In this document: positions 45,850 to 58,528 of the stretch, piece by piece | How the letters are laid out: each line of letters opens with the position of its first letter | How positions within the stretch are numbered: the stretch's first letter is position 1 | DNA from: Octopus vulgaris | Taxonomy: Eukaryota | Reading direction: 5' to 3' | Assembly (NCBI GenBank): GCA_951406725.2 | Contig: OX597814.1 | Span: 148,490,001 to 148,554,000 of the forward strand | DNA length: 64,000 nucleotides | The notes under the pieces: generated by a model | Told to the model about the DNA's origin: nothing | Databases searched by the model: none | The model's input: the letters and a program-made list of their open reading frames with translations, nothing else | Program-made: the position numbers and the translations under genes

Positions 45850-46224
45850 TGTATGTATGTATGTATCTCTCTCTCACTCTGGCTCTCTCTCTCTCTCTCT
45901 CTCTCTCAATATATATTTATATATATATATGCACGCACATAGAGATGGAAAAACAACGCGAAGTAGATACATAGGATAACAGATACTTGTATTTATGTGT
46001 CTATGTTTTCCTTAGCGAGGATATTTCATGTGTATATGCCTGTGTATGTAAGCATTTAAGTATTGTTTTATTCTTTTACAGGTATGATGCCGTGGGCATT
46101 TTCATTCAGTAAATCAAATCAAAAGTATCACTCACTTCTGTTTGCGACATATTTTATTTTAGACATTCGAATCCATACGTTAAGTACATTTGGCAGGACA
46201 CAAACTATGCATTTGAACAGATAA

Positions 46225-46957
46225 TCTTTATATATATAAAACTGAGAATGTGTGTCTGTCTGTCTGTCTGTGTGTTTCCCTAAAACTTGAGTACTACACA
46301 ACCAATTTCATTCAAATTTTACACATGCCTTACTTAGGGTCCATGTAGTTTCATGGGCAAAAAAAAAATGTTCAACTTCTTGCCTAGAGCGAGCCCATAG
46401 CAATATCATATCTTCTCCACTATTTCAGTATTACGTGTTAAAAGTGAAACAAAAATATTTCACTATTTTATGTCAGATGCATTCACTTTAACAATAAAAA
46501 TAATAATAACAATTGAATTATATGTAGTAAGTAATAATTAATATCAAACTAAAGTATAATATAATCGTAACATACAAAAGTAAAAATAGCAATTGGTATA
46601 AAATTGCATCAATGTTTTGAACTTGAATAAGTGGTTTCACATGAATGGGAATAAATCAAAAATAAAATTAGCGTGAAGAAATGGAATAGTCCAGATGGAT
46701 AATAAAAAATTAAATTAAAGAAAAGACTATTGCCTATAGAGTATACAATGTAGAGAAAAAAGAAGAGCTAACAATTCCAGTCTGTTATATATTTTGAGTA
46801 TTTTTATCACTAGCGATATCAAGATATAACTTTGTATTTTGCATTTTATGTGTAGATGTATATATATAGATGTACATGTAATATGTACACATATATATAT
46901 ACACATATATACATGCACTAGCACTATGACCCGGCAACGACGGGTCTTTAATGGTAG
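46225..46957 (+). mobile_element. Non-autonomous Helitron
   Basis: 5' A|TCtttatatatataaaactgagaatg plus (tgtc)n; 3' hairpin gacccg-gcaacga-cgggtc (46928-46946) 7 nt before gTAG|T (degenerate CTAG); A/T target and no TSD. Confidence 0.7.
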
Positions 46958-47278
46958 TCTTTTATAGAATGACCGAAGCGTACGTATAAACAAACTCGCA
47001 TGTAGAACAAAATTTTAAAAAACGCACGGACACACGCATACACATACGTGCGCACAGGCACACATACATGGACGCACACAAATATATGCATTTGTATATA
47101 ACAAAAAGTTACTAATACATAAAATAAGTAGTATTGAAGAAATAAAGCTAAAAAGGCATAAACTGTATGGCACAATAAATATATTTATACGGTTTTCCAA
47201 ACGTGTAAGTTTTGAGGGTAGTAAAACTGTACTGCTCTCTCCCTCTCACTCCCCCCCTCTCTCTCTCTCTCTCTCTCT

Positions 47279-47315
<37 letters not shown>

Positions 47316-47592
47316 CGATCAAACATACACAATGCAGTTCGTTTCAGGTACATGATATCGATAGGCCACATAAAAGCCAAAACATAGGTGTCAATCACTC
47401 CTGAATAGGATTTGAGATGAATTCTTTCACCGGTCTATGACATTCAGATGTTTTGAGTGTGCCATCTCCACCGCTCAAACCCGCATGCTACCAGCAAAGA
47501 AGAAGAGTATATACGTTGAATATGTGTGGGTATCGTGGATATGGTTTATAATATTAACGCTACTCCCCGTTCATATATGAGGTGGGGGGTGA

Positions 47593-47624
<32 letters not shown>

Positions 47625-47628
<4 letters not shown>

Positions 47629-47835
47629 TTTTAATCTTTTACTTGTTTTAGGCATTTGACTGCGTCCATGCTGGAGCATCTCCTTGAAGGGTTTTTAGTC
47701 CAAAAATTTGAGCACAGGATGTATTCTTCGTACTTAATATATCTTCTTGTTCTGCCGAACTACTAATTTACGGGAACATAAACAGACCAACATCGGTTGT
47801 CAAGTGACGGTGTAGGCTGACACACAGACAGACAC
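47625..47835 (-). mobile_element. SINE family B, 3' half
   Basis: cttttacttgttttaggcatttgactgcgtccatgctggagca matches the reverse complement of the tail at 27540-27600. Confidence 0.7.
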
Positions 47836-47872
47836 TGACACGTAAATATTTACATGTATATATATATGTATG

Positions 47873-47948
<76 letters not shown>

Positions 47949-47951
<3 letters not shown>

Positions 47952-48100
47952 TTGTGTGGTGAGTAGCTTCCTTACGAACTACATGGTTCCGGGTTCAGTC
48001 CCACCGCGCGGCACCTTCAAGCACGTGTCTTCTTCTATAGCCTCGGGCCGACCTAATCCTTGAAAGTGGATTAGGTAGACGGAAACTGACACAAGCCCGT
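47949..48100 (+). mobile_element. SINE family B head; its downstream TA tract abuts the palindromic Penelope-like element
   Basis: gtggttgtgtggtgagtagc...ccgggttcagtcccac...tcttctatagcctcgggccgacc...gacggaaactga, as at 27131-27283. Confidence 0.75.
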
Positions 48101-48112
48101 TATCTATATATA

Positions 48113-51100
48113 TATAAAATATTATTAGGGACAAAACCACTATTTTGCAAAACAAACAAGGAAAGACTTAATCAATACATAAAATTTTAATAAATAGTCA
48201 AAAAAACCGCCACTACAATTGTTTCTTGTCTTGATCGACAATCTTCAGGTGGACTTCCAATCTAAAATATCAATATTTTAAAATATAAAAATAATAATTT
48301 TAAAATAATTAAAGTATTAATGAAAAATATAAATATATAATCCATATATAACCTATATATAATCCATATATAATCAATATATAAACAATATATAAACTAA
48401 AATAAACCTATCAACAATTAAATATAAAATATAAAATATAAAATATAAAATATAAAACAAAACAAAAAAATAATAATAATATAATAATAAACTATATATA
48501 CACCCATACACATATAAATAATTATATATAACCATATCTAACTACATACACTAAATCACACACCTATATATATATCCCTATACATACACATAAAAACGTC
48601 TAGGCAACTATAAATAAATAAAATAGCTAAATACTTCAACACAATACTTATTCATACTCCCACACACACACATACAACCCACAATCCCGCTCTAGAAACG
48701 GACATCACTTAAAATTATGAACGGAGAAATGGAATAAATGGAATTAAACATTATATTCACTTGGTAAAACGAACACTACTTAAAAATTATGAATGAAACA
48801 ATGCAATAAAACAACAGACATCGCAAATAGACACAAATTACTACGAATTCCTTAACAAACCTACCATGATAAACCAAAACTCATAAAAACATAAAATGAT
48901 AAAATCTCCCTTTACTAAACTCTATAACATACCTATATAGCAATCCCCCTAACCTAAACATTCACACACAAATACACACACGTAAACCACACACCCACGA
49001 CATATACAAATACCCACCCCACTTACACATACCTATACATACATATAAACCTCAACATATACTCCAAAAACCCACTCAACCCCACACAGACAAATAAACA
49101 CATACATCCCCAAACCTAAATAGCAAACCCATAAACACATTCACACACAAATATACATACGTAAAACACACACCATATACATATACATACTCACACAAAC
49201 TTGACATATACAACAATATTAACACACCCACATTCATACAGATAAACAAACTACACAACCAAAATACGCACACACTCACACACAATCCCACATACATAAA
49301 CACTCCAAAGAAAAACAACATTATTACACATAATACGATATATAAAATACATCGTAAGTAACCAGAATATCAAAAATAATAATATGACATAAGGAGAAAT
49401 AATATACATACTTTCAAGTCAGTTTCAAAATATGAAGTGAAATTAAATTCTAATCCGTTAAAAACATCAAACCAAATTACGTTACCATAGGAACATAACT
49501 TATGTATAAAAAAAGAATACGCTCTATGGAAGCAAACCTCACTTAAAATTATGAATGGAGAAATAGAATAAATGGAATTAAAAATTATATACACGCGGTA
49601 AACCAACAATATTTTTAAAAAATTATGAATGGATTCTTTTATAAAACTACCATGATAAACTAAAACTCACAAAAACATAAATGATAAAACCTCCCTTTAC
49701 TAAACACTATAACATACTTATATAGCAATCACTTTAACCTATACATTCACACACAAATACACACACGTAAACCACACACCCATAACAAATACAAACACCC
49801 ACCCCACTCACACACACCCACAAGTACATATAAGCCTCAACATATACACCAAACAAAATTACGTTACCAAGGAACTTAACATATGTATAAAAAGTATTAC
49901 CGCTCTGTAAACGAACATCTTTTAAAATTATGAATGGAGAAATGGAATAAATGGAATTAAAAATAATATTCACGTGGCAAAACGAACACCACTCAAAAAT
50001 TATGAATGAAACAATGTAATAAAACAACAAACATCGAAAATAGACAAATTACCACAAATTCCCTAAAAAAACCGTGATAAACCAAAACTCTTAAAAACAT
50101 ATAACGATAAAATCTCCTTTGCTAATCTCTATAACAAACCTATATAGCAATCCCCCTAACCTAAACATTCACACACAAATACACACACGTAAACCACAGA
50201 CCCACGACTTATACAAATACCCACCTCACTCACACATACCTATACTAACTTATAAACCTCAATATACACCAAAAACCCACTCCCTCCCCACACAGACAAC
50301 TTAACACATACATCCCCAAACCTAAATAACAAACCCATATACACATTCACACACAAACACACACACACACGCAAAACACACACACACAACAGATACATAT
50401 ACTCCCTCACATATACGCATATACATACTCACTAAACTCGATATATACAACAATATTTACACACCCACACTCATACAGATAAATAAATTATACAACTAAA
50501 AACTCACACACAATCTCATATACATAAACACTCCAATGAAAAACAACATTAAATACATCGTAATTAACCAGAATATCAAAAATAACAATATGACATAAGG
50601 AGAAATAAAATACATGCTTACAAGTCAGTTTCAAATTATGAAGTGAAATTAAATTCTAAGCCGTTAAAAAAATCAAACCAAAATTACGTTACCATAGAAA
50701 TATAACTTATGTATAAAAAGAATACGCACCATGGAAAGTAAACGTCATTTAAAATTATGAATGGAGAAATAGAATAAATGGAACTAAAAACTATATCCAC
50801 ATGGCAAACCAACACTACTTAAAAAAAAAAAATTCATTCACAATTTAAACGACGTTCGCCTCCACAGCGCTACGTATTAGCCTCAATATATACACCGGTG
50901 ATTCGCTTTCACATCCGTGCGGATGGGTGAGAGTATACATTGAGTGTAGTGATGGGGCTCCCTTTACTATACACATTTGTACCTGTGTGGTAGTCTCCAT
51001 GTGTATATTCACGCACGGGTATAAATGCGGGGGGTACACGCGCACGGCATGTGCGTGTACCCCCTCACATGTACATGTGCATGCTAGTTGGGCTCGATAT

Positions 51101-51838
51101 GTGCAACGGTGTAATCGCGCCCGCATACATGCAGATGGGCGAACTGCACAATCAAAATACGCACACGTGTGTGTGTGCGTTCCTTGGTTGTGCAGTTCAC
51201 CCATCTGGGTGTGAGTGGGTGTAAGCGTATTGCTGTGGATGTCGAGCTTAATACGTATGTATATGAGTGTGTATTGGGGGGTTGTACGTATTTGTTGTGT
51301 GCATGTGCTTCACGCACGTGCGTCCGTGTATGGATGAATATATGGGGATTGCTATGTGGGTGTAAATTGGGTATGGAGGGGGGAGTTTTGTCATTGTATG
51401 GGTGTGGGTTTCATTTGTGATGGTGGTTTGTTGGTGATTTTTGGTATGTTCTGTATATTTGGGTTAGTTATGTATTATTCTTGTGTGTATAATTGTATAC
51501 ATATATGATTGGTGTGAGTGGGATTGCGCCCATTTTTGGGGATGTATGTGTTCATTTGTCCGTGTGGGGCGGGAGTGGCCGTTTGGTGTATATGTTGAGG
51601 CTCACTTGCAATTCCAGGTACGCGCGAATGAAGTGGGCACTTATATTTGTTATGGGTGTGTGTACTTTATTATAACAGACAATACCCAAATAAAATCTGT
51701 CAATTCAACATACCAAATAAAAAACAAAGGGATCGTAAACATTCACACATACATACAAAACTCAATAAATACACCACTAAATAACACCCATCAACATATA
51801 AATATATCCTCCAAAATACATATAACAAATGCATAATA
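48113..51838. repeat. Left arm (3726 bp) of the inverted repeat; internally repetitive 3' UTR/pLTR
   Basis: Mirror of 53609-57533. Internal modules such as aaattatgaa[t/c]ggagaaat[g/a]gaataaatggaa recur near 48710, 49545, 49925 and 50750. Confidence 0.95.
48210..48252 (-). ncRNA. Minimal type I hammerhead ribozyme (sense to the ORF)
   Basis: ccac CTGAAGA ttgtc-gatcaa-gacaa GAAA caattg TA gtgg on the - strand: intact core with palindromic stem III. Confidence 0.9.
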
Positions 51839-52092
51839 AAAATACATAATAAAATAAAATAAAAATAAAAAAATATATAATTAAAGAAAAAAAAAAAACC
51901 TAATATAAATTATTAAAGTTTTAACATACCATAAACTGTTATATTAATATACATTAAAAATGAACTAATTAAAACAAAGAAATATCAATAAAGACTAACT
52001 ATAATTAAAGCCTAGACTACATAACCAAATAAATATAATTATCTAAACTAATTTAAACTAAACTAAAGTAACCTAATAGGGAACTATTAATG

Positions 52093-53608
52093 CTATTTAT
52101 CATGAAACTTATTATATAGGTAAAGTAACTTATGTCTGCATTTTATTTTGCGCTCTTCACCAGTATTAAGTAAATTATCATACTTATAAAATAAAATTTC
52201 TTTAAACTCATTAGAGCATAAATAACAACAATTAGCTCCTATAGTATATGATTTAGTTTTACAAATTATTTCCCAAATTAAACTATAATTAATATTTAGT
52301 GATTTAAGACTCCAAATGTACTTACTAAGTCCGGTTGAGTTGATTAAGTTTTTATTTTTAAAAGAATTCATATGTTGTGCGATTCTTAGTTTTATTTTTG
52401 AGGAAGTAGAACCTATATAAACCGCTTTTGGGTAATTATTATTCTTAAAGTTATTATCATGTAATGTAACTATACATTTATACACTACATCGTTAATATC
52501 ACAATTATTATTTAATATACAATTAGATTTATCTCTACATGTACAATTAATATAAGTCTTATCATTATTAATATTATTATCAAATAATTTCTTTTTATAA
52601 AAATTATTCAGTTTATATTTATTAAATGAAGAAATAATGTTACCAACATTATTAGTGGTAGAATAACCTACTCCAAAATTATTAAAAGAGAAAATGTTTC
52701 TATATTTACGATTATCTCTAATAAATAGTTCTATAACATCTAAAATCTCTTTAATAATATTCGTTTTTACTTGATCTCCATAAGGAACTATTAACCAAAT
52801 TTTATTCTTATTAACCTTATTATTATTATCATTATTATAAATATATTTATAATTCTTTATTTTATTAAAATTATTATCAGAATTATATCTATGTACAGCA
52901 TTTAAGGAATTATTAATATTATTAATTTTATCAATATAATTATTATAATAATTATTAAATTTATTTTTATTTTTATTATTCTTACTTGTATTATTATTAT
53001 TATTATATTTATTATTATTATTATTATTATTCTTATTTATATTTTTATCATTTTTATTATTTTTTTTATAATATCTATTATTTTTACCACTAAACCTAAC
53101 AAAATTATAATTATTATTAGAAGTATCTCGAAAATTATCATTTAAATCTTTATCACTAATATTATAAAATTTAATATTCCTATTATAACCTGCCCCTCTA
53201 AGGGCCTCATTATAATAATTAGCATGTTTATTAAAAATCTCTATATCATAAGAGAGTAATGAAATACGTTTACTTATATTATTAATCAACGATTTTTTAA
53301 TAGAAAATTGGTGATTACTATTAACATTTATATATCTAAGGTTCTCATTAAGTTTATGATATGGTTGTGTTTTACCTGTAATAAGATTAAAATTAACATC
53401 TAAATAATTAACATTATAATTCTCCTTATATATAGTAATACTTAAACCATATCTTTTAAAGAAACTATATAGTTTTTTCTTATATACTTCTAGATTCCTA
53501 GAAGTATTCTAGATTCCTTGAATAAATTTATAACGATTTTTATCTTTAATATTATTAAACCATTTCAATGTATTGTTATTACTAAACCATAATTTTAATA
53601 TAAAATAA
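52093..53608 (-). pseudogene. Penelope-like ORF relic: RT motifs 6-7, thumb, Asn-rich linker, CxCx5C, GIY-YIG endonuclease; RT core deleted
   Basis: The frame is open from 53508 to 52093 (471 aa): KKKLYSFFKRYGLSITI, VNYLDVNFNL, PYHK..RYINVNSNH, YNEALRGAGY, CTCRDKSNC, VVYKC..YIGST..KLRIAQH, LSKYIWSLK, CYLCSNE, KCRHK. Upstream LKWFNNIKDKNRYKFIQ is followed by a stop at 53511-53509. Confidence 0.9.
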
Positions 53609-56600
53609 TATTATGCATTTGTTATATGTATTTTGGAGGATATATTTATATGTTGATGGGTGTTATTTAGTGGTGTATTTATTGAGTTTTGTATGTATGT
53701 GTGAATGTTTACGATCCCTTTGTTTTTTATTTGGTATGTTGAATTGACAGATTTTATTTGGGTATTGTCTGTTATAATAAAGTACACACACCCATAACAA
53801 ATATAAGTGCCCACTTCATTCGCGCGTACCTGGAATTGCAAGTGAGCCTCAACATATACACCAAACGGCCACTCCCGCCCCACACGGACAAATGAACACA
53901 TACATCCCCAAAAATGGGCGCAATCCCACTCACACCAATCATATATGTATACAATTATACACACAAGAATAATACATAACTAACCCAAATATACAGAACA
54001 TACCAAAAATCACCAACAAACCACCATCACAAATGAAACCCACACCCATACAATGACAAAACTCCCCCCTCCATACCCAATTTACACCCACATAGCAATC
54101 CCCATATATTCATCCATACACGGACGCACGTGCGTGAAGCACATGCACACAACAAATACGTACAACCCCCCAATACACACTCATATACATACGTATTAAG
54201 CTCGACATCCACAGCAATACGCTTACACCCACTCACACCCAGATGGGTGAACTGCACAACCAAGGAACGCACACACACACGTGTGCGTATTTTGATTGTG
54301 CAATTCGCCCATCTGCATGTATGCGGGCGCGATTACACCGTTGCACATATCGAGCCCAACTAGCATGCATATGTACATGTGAGGGCGTACACGCACATGC
54401 CGTGCGCGTGTACCCCCTGCATTTATACCCGTGCGTGAATATACACATGGAGACTACCACACAGGTACAAATGTGTATAGTAAAGAGAGCCCCATCACTA
54501 CACTCAATGTATACTCTCACCCATCCGCACGGATGTGAAAGCGAATCACCGGTGTATATATTGAGGCTAATACGTAGCGCTGTGGAGGCGAACGTCGTTT
54601 AAATTGTGAATGAATGGGTGGAGTTGGGAATTGTAACCGGGTGGTGGGCTAGCGTTGCTTAGAATTGGGAATGGAATAGTGTAGTAGAATGGCAGGCATC
54701 GAGAATAGACTTGGGTTACTGCAAATTGTTTGTTAGAGCTGCCAAGATGAGCTAAAGCTCATAAATGTATATAATAATTTATCATGGTAGTTTTATTAAA
54801 GAATCCATTCATAATAAATTTTTTTAAGTAGTGTTGGTTTGCCATGTGGATATAGTTTTTAGTTCCATTTATTCTATTTCTCCATTCATAATTTTAAATG
54901 ACGTTTACTTTCCATGGCGCGTATTCTTTTTATACATAAGTTATATTTCTATGGTAACGTAATTTTGGTTTGATTTTTTTAACGGCTTAGAATTTAATTT
55001 CACTTCATAATTTGAAACTGACTTGTAAGTATGTATTTTATTTCTCCTTATGTCATATTGTTATTTTTGATATTCTGGTTAATTACGATGTATTTAATGT
55101 TGTTTTTCATTGGAGTGTTTATGTATATGAGATTGTGTGTGAGTTTTTAGTTGTATAATTTATTTATCTGTATGAGTGTGGGTGTAAATATTGTTGTATA
55201 TATCGAGTTTAGTGAGTATGTATATGCGTATATGTGAGGGAGTATATGTATCTGTTGTGTGTGTGTGTTTTGTGTGTGTGTGTGTTTGTGTGTGAATGTG
55301 TATATGGGTTTGTTATATAGGTTTGGGGATGTATGTGTTGATTTGTCTGTGTGGGGAGGGGAGTGGGTTTTTGGTGTATATTGAGGTTTATAAGTTAGTA
55401 TAGGTATGTGTGAGTGAGGTGGGTATTTGTATAAGTCGTGGGTCTGTGGTTTACGTGTGTGTATTTGTGTGTGAATGTTTAGGTTAGGGGGATTGCTATA
55501 TAGGTTTGTTATAGAGATTAGCAAAGGGAGATTTTATCGTTATATGTTTTTAAGAGTTTTGGTTTATCATGGTTTTTTTAGGGAATTTGTGGTAATTTGT
55601 CTATTTTCGATGTTTGTTGTTTTATTACATTGTTTCATTCATAATTTTTGAGTGGTGTTCGTTTTGCCACGTGAATATTATTTTTAATTCCATTTATTCC
55701 ATTTCTCCATTCATAATTTTAAAAGATGTTCGTTTACAGAGCGGTAATACTTTTTATACATATGTTAAGTTCCTTGGTAACGTAATTTTGTTTGGTGTAT
55801 ATGTTGAGGCTTATATGTACTTGTGGGTGTGTGTGAGTGGGGTGGGTGTTTGTATTTGTTATGGGTGTGTGGTTTACGTGTGTGTATTTGTGTGTGAATG
55901 TTTAGGTTAGGGGGATTGCTATATAGGTTTGTTATAGAGTTTAGCAAAGGGAGGTTTTATCATTTATGTTTTTGTGAGTTTTAGTTTATCATGGTAGTTT
56001 TATAAAAGAATCCATTCATAATTTTTTTAAAATATTGTTGGTTTACCGCGTGTATATAATTTTTAATTCCATTTATTCTATTTCTCCATTCATAATTTTA
56101 AGTGAGGTTTGCTTCCATAGAGCGTATTCTTTTTTTATACATAAGTTATGTTCCTATGGTAACGTAATTTGGTTTGATGTTTTTAACGGATTAGAATTTA
56201 ATTTCACTTCATATTTTGAAACTGACTTGAAAGTATGTATATTATTTCTCCTTATGTCATATTATTATTTTTGATATTCTGGTTACTTACGATGTATTTT
56301 ATATATCGTATTATGTGTAATAATGTTGTTTTTCTTTGGAGTGTTTATGTATGTGGGATTGTGTGTGAGTGTGTGCGTATTTTGGTTGTGTAGTTTGTTT
56401 ATCTGTATGAATGTGGGTGTGTTAATATTGTTGTATATGTCAAGTTTGTGTGAGTATGTATATGTATATGGTGTGTGTTTTACGTATGTATATTTGTGTG
56501 TGAATGTGTTTATGGGTTTGCTATTTAGGTTTGGGGATGTATGTGTTTATTTGTCTGTGTGGGGTTGAGTGGGTTTTTGGAGTATATGTTGAGGTTTATA

Positions 56601-57533
56601 TGTATGTATAGGTATGTGTAAGTGGGGTGGGTATTTGTATATGTCGTGGGTGTGTGGTTTACGTGTGTGTATTTGTGTGTGAATGTTTAGGTTAGGGGGA
56701 TTGCTATATAGGTATGTTATAGAGTTTAGTAAAGGGAGATTTTATCATTTTATGTTTTTATGAGTTTTGGTTTATCATGGTAGGTTTGTTAAGGAATTCG
56801 TAGTAATTTGTGTCTATTTGCGATGTCTGTTGTTTTATTGCATTGTTTCATTCATAATTTTTAAGTAGTGTTCGTTTTACCAAGTGAATATAATGTTTAA
56901 TTCCATTTATTCCATTTCTCCGTTCATAATTTTAAGTGATGTCCGTTTCTAGAGCGGGATTGTGGGTTGTATGTGTGTGTGTGTGGGAGTATGAATAAGT
57001 ATTGTGTTGAAGTATTTAGCTATTTTATTTATTTATAGTTGCCTAGACGTTTTTATGTGTATGTATAGGGATATATATATAGGTGTGTGATTTAGTGTAT
57101 GTAGTTAGATATGGTTATATATAATTATTTATATGTGTATGGGTGTATATATAGTTTATTATTATATTATTATTATTTTTTTGTTTTGTTTTATATTTTG
57201 TATTTTATATTTTATATTTTATATTTAATTGTTGATAGGTTTATTTTAGTTTATATATTGTTTATATATTGATTATATATGGATTATATATAGGTTATAT
57301 ATGGATTATATATTTATATTTTTCATTAATACTTTAATTATTTTAAAATTATTATTTTTATATTTTAAAATATTGATATTTTAGATTGGAAGTCCACCTG
57401 AAGATTGTCGATCAAGACAAGAAACAATTGTAGTGGCGGTTTTTTTGACTATTTATTAAAATTTTATGTATTGATTAAGTCTTTCCTTGTTTGTTTTGCA
57501 AAATAGTGGTTTTGTCTCTAATAATATTTTATA
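53609..57533. repeat. Right arm (3925 bp) of the inverted repeat
   Basis: Mirror of the left arm plus about 200 bp (about 54616-54815) that the left arm lacks. Confidence 0.95.
57394..57436 (+). ncRNA. Minimal type I hammerhead ribozyme (identical mirror copy)
   Basis: ccac CTGAAGA ttgtc gatcaa gacaa GAAA caattg TA gtgg. Confidence 0.9.
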
Positions 57534-57612
57534 ATATTTTACTATAAAATTGGATTTAATCCTAAATCTGATTTTTTTCCCTGTAAATTTGGATTTATTC
57601 CCTAATATTTAT

Positions 57613-57670
<58 letters not shown>

Positions 57671-57722
57671 TTTGGATGCATTTTCTGTTCAGGTAGGTGT
57701 TTCAAAAAATTGTCACATATAT

Positions 57723-58528
57723 ATACAATCGAGGTCAGATCCGCCTGTTATCATAGTAATGAAACTAAACCACGCAAAGTGTAGCCCCCCGGCAATGATT
57801 GACCGTGAAGTTAGTTGTTCATGCGCACTAAATTCCAGTTCAATGCCCTCGCTTACAGCAGTGCTTGCAGGGATTGTAGCGTGTGATCGTCGCATTGACC
57901 ATGACAGAGAAAGTCTTCATGATAGTACCATCTAATAAGCCTGCGAAAAGTTGCAGAAGGTGTATGCAGAGGTGTGTATGAGCCGCACACAAGTGTGCCT
58001 GCGGTTCACACGTTTCCAAGATGGCCGTAACATGTCGGTATTTTTGAACGTTCTTAGAGACCAACAAGCAGTATATCTGAGAAAAGCATTGCATGTGTGC
58101 GTGCGGCTGCGAGCGGAATAGTCAAATTACGGTTCAGTTCAGTCAATTATCACTGAAGATATGAATATGAGACACGTGTCTGCCAACTTTGTGCCAAAAC
58201 TGCGTTCAGCTGACTAAAGAGAGACTCGGGTTTTAGTTGCACAAGATTTTCTCGATTGTGCCGAGAACGATGAAAATTTTTTGAAAACATTGTGAAGGCC
58301 TCTGAGCAGGTTTCACCAATCTTTTCCCAACATTTGATGCAGATTCTCTACATAATTTTCTCTCTCATGGTCTATGCGACGCTCCCACGTTACACACTAT
58401 CATTCTAAGCACTTCTGTATACAGTGGAAGTGAGTTCGAACGTTAAAACTCAGTGCACATGTAGGGCGGAGTTCAAGATTAATATGAGCTAAGCGGCTTC
58501 ACTTCGCGTGCTTTAGCTTCGTTTCTAT
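57723..58528 (+). mobile_element. Internally deleted mariner element
   Basis: Imperfect TIRs atagtaatgaaactaaaccacgcaaagtgtagcc and ggcttcacttcgcgtgctttagcttcgtttctat. Internal ITEDMNMRHVSANFVPKLRSAD*RETRVLVAQDFLDCAENDENFLKTL (WVPxxL linker-like) at about 58150-58292. Confidence 0.75.

Larger units (their letters stand above)
48113..57616 (-). mobile_element. Giant palindromic Penelope-like element (inverted arms around a truncated RT-GIY-YIG ORF)
   Basis: Arms 48113-51838 and 53609-57533 are reverse complements, seen as mirrored near-identical ORFs in the track. 1770 bp spacer; hammerhead near each outer end; TA repeats outside. Confidence 0.92.

Noticed and set aside
49076-51836. Paired ORFs in the palindrome arms
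   Set aside because: Low-complexity translations, duplicated only because the DNA is mirrored.
52093-53508. Selenoprotein-type Penelope-like ORF
   Set aside because: No in-frame TGA; the Cys motifs use normal codons.
55478-55492. TTAGGG in arm modules as a telomere link
   Set aside because: Single occurrences in GT-rich sequence, not tandem telomeric repeats.
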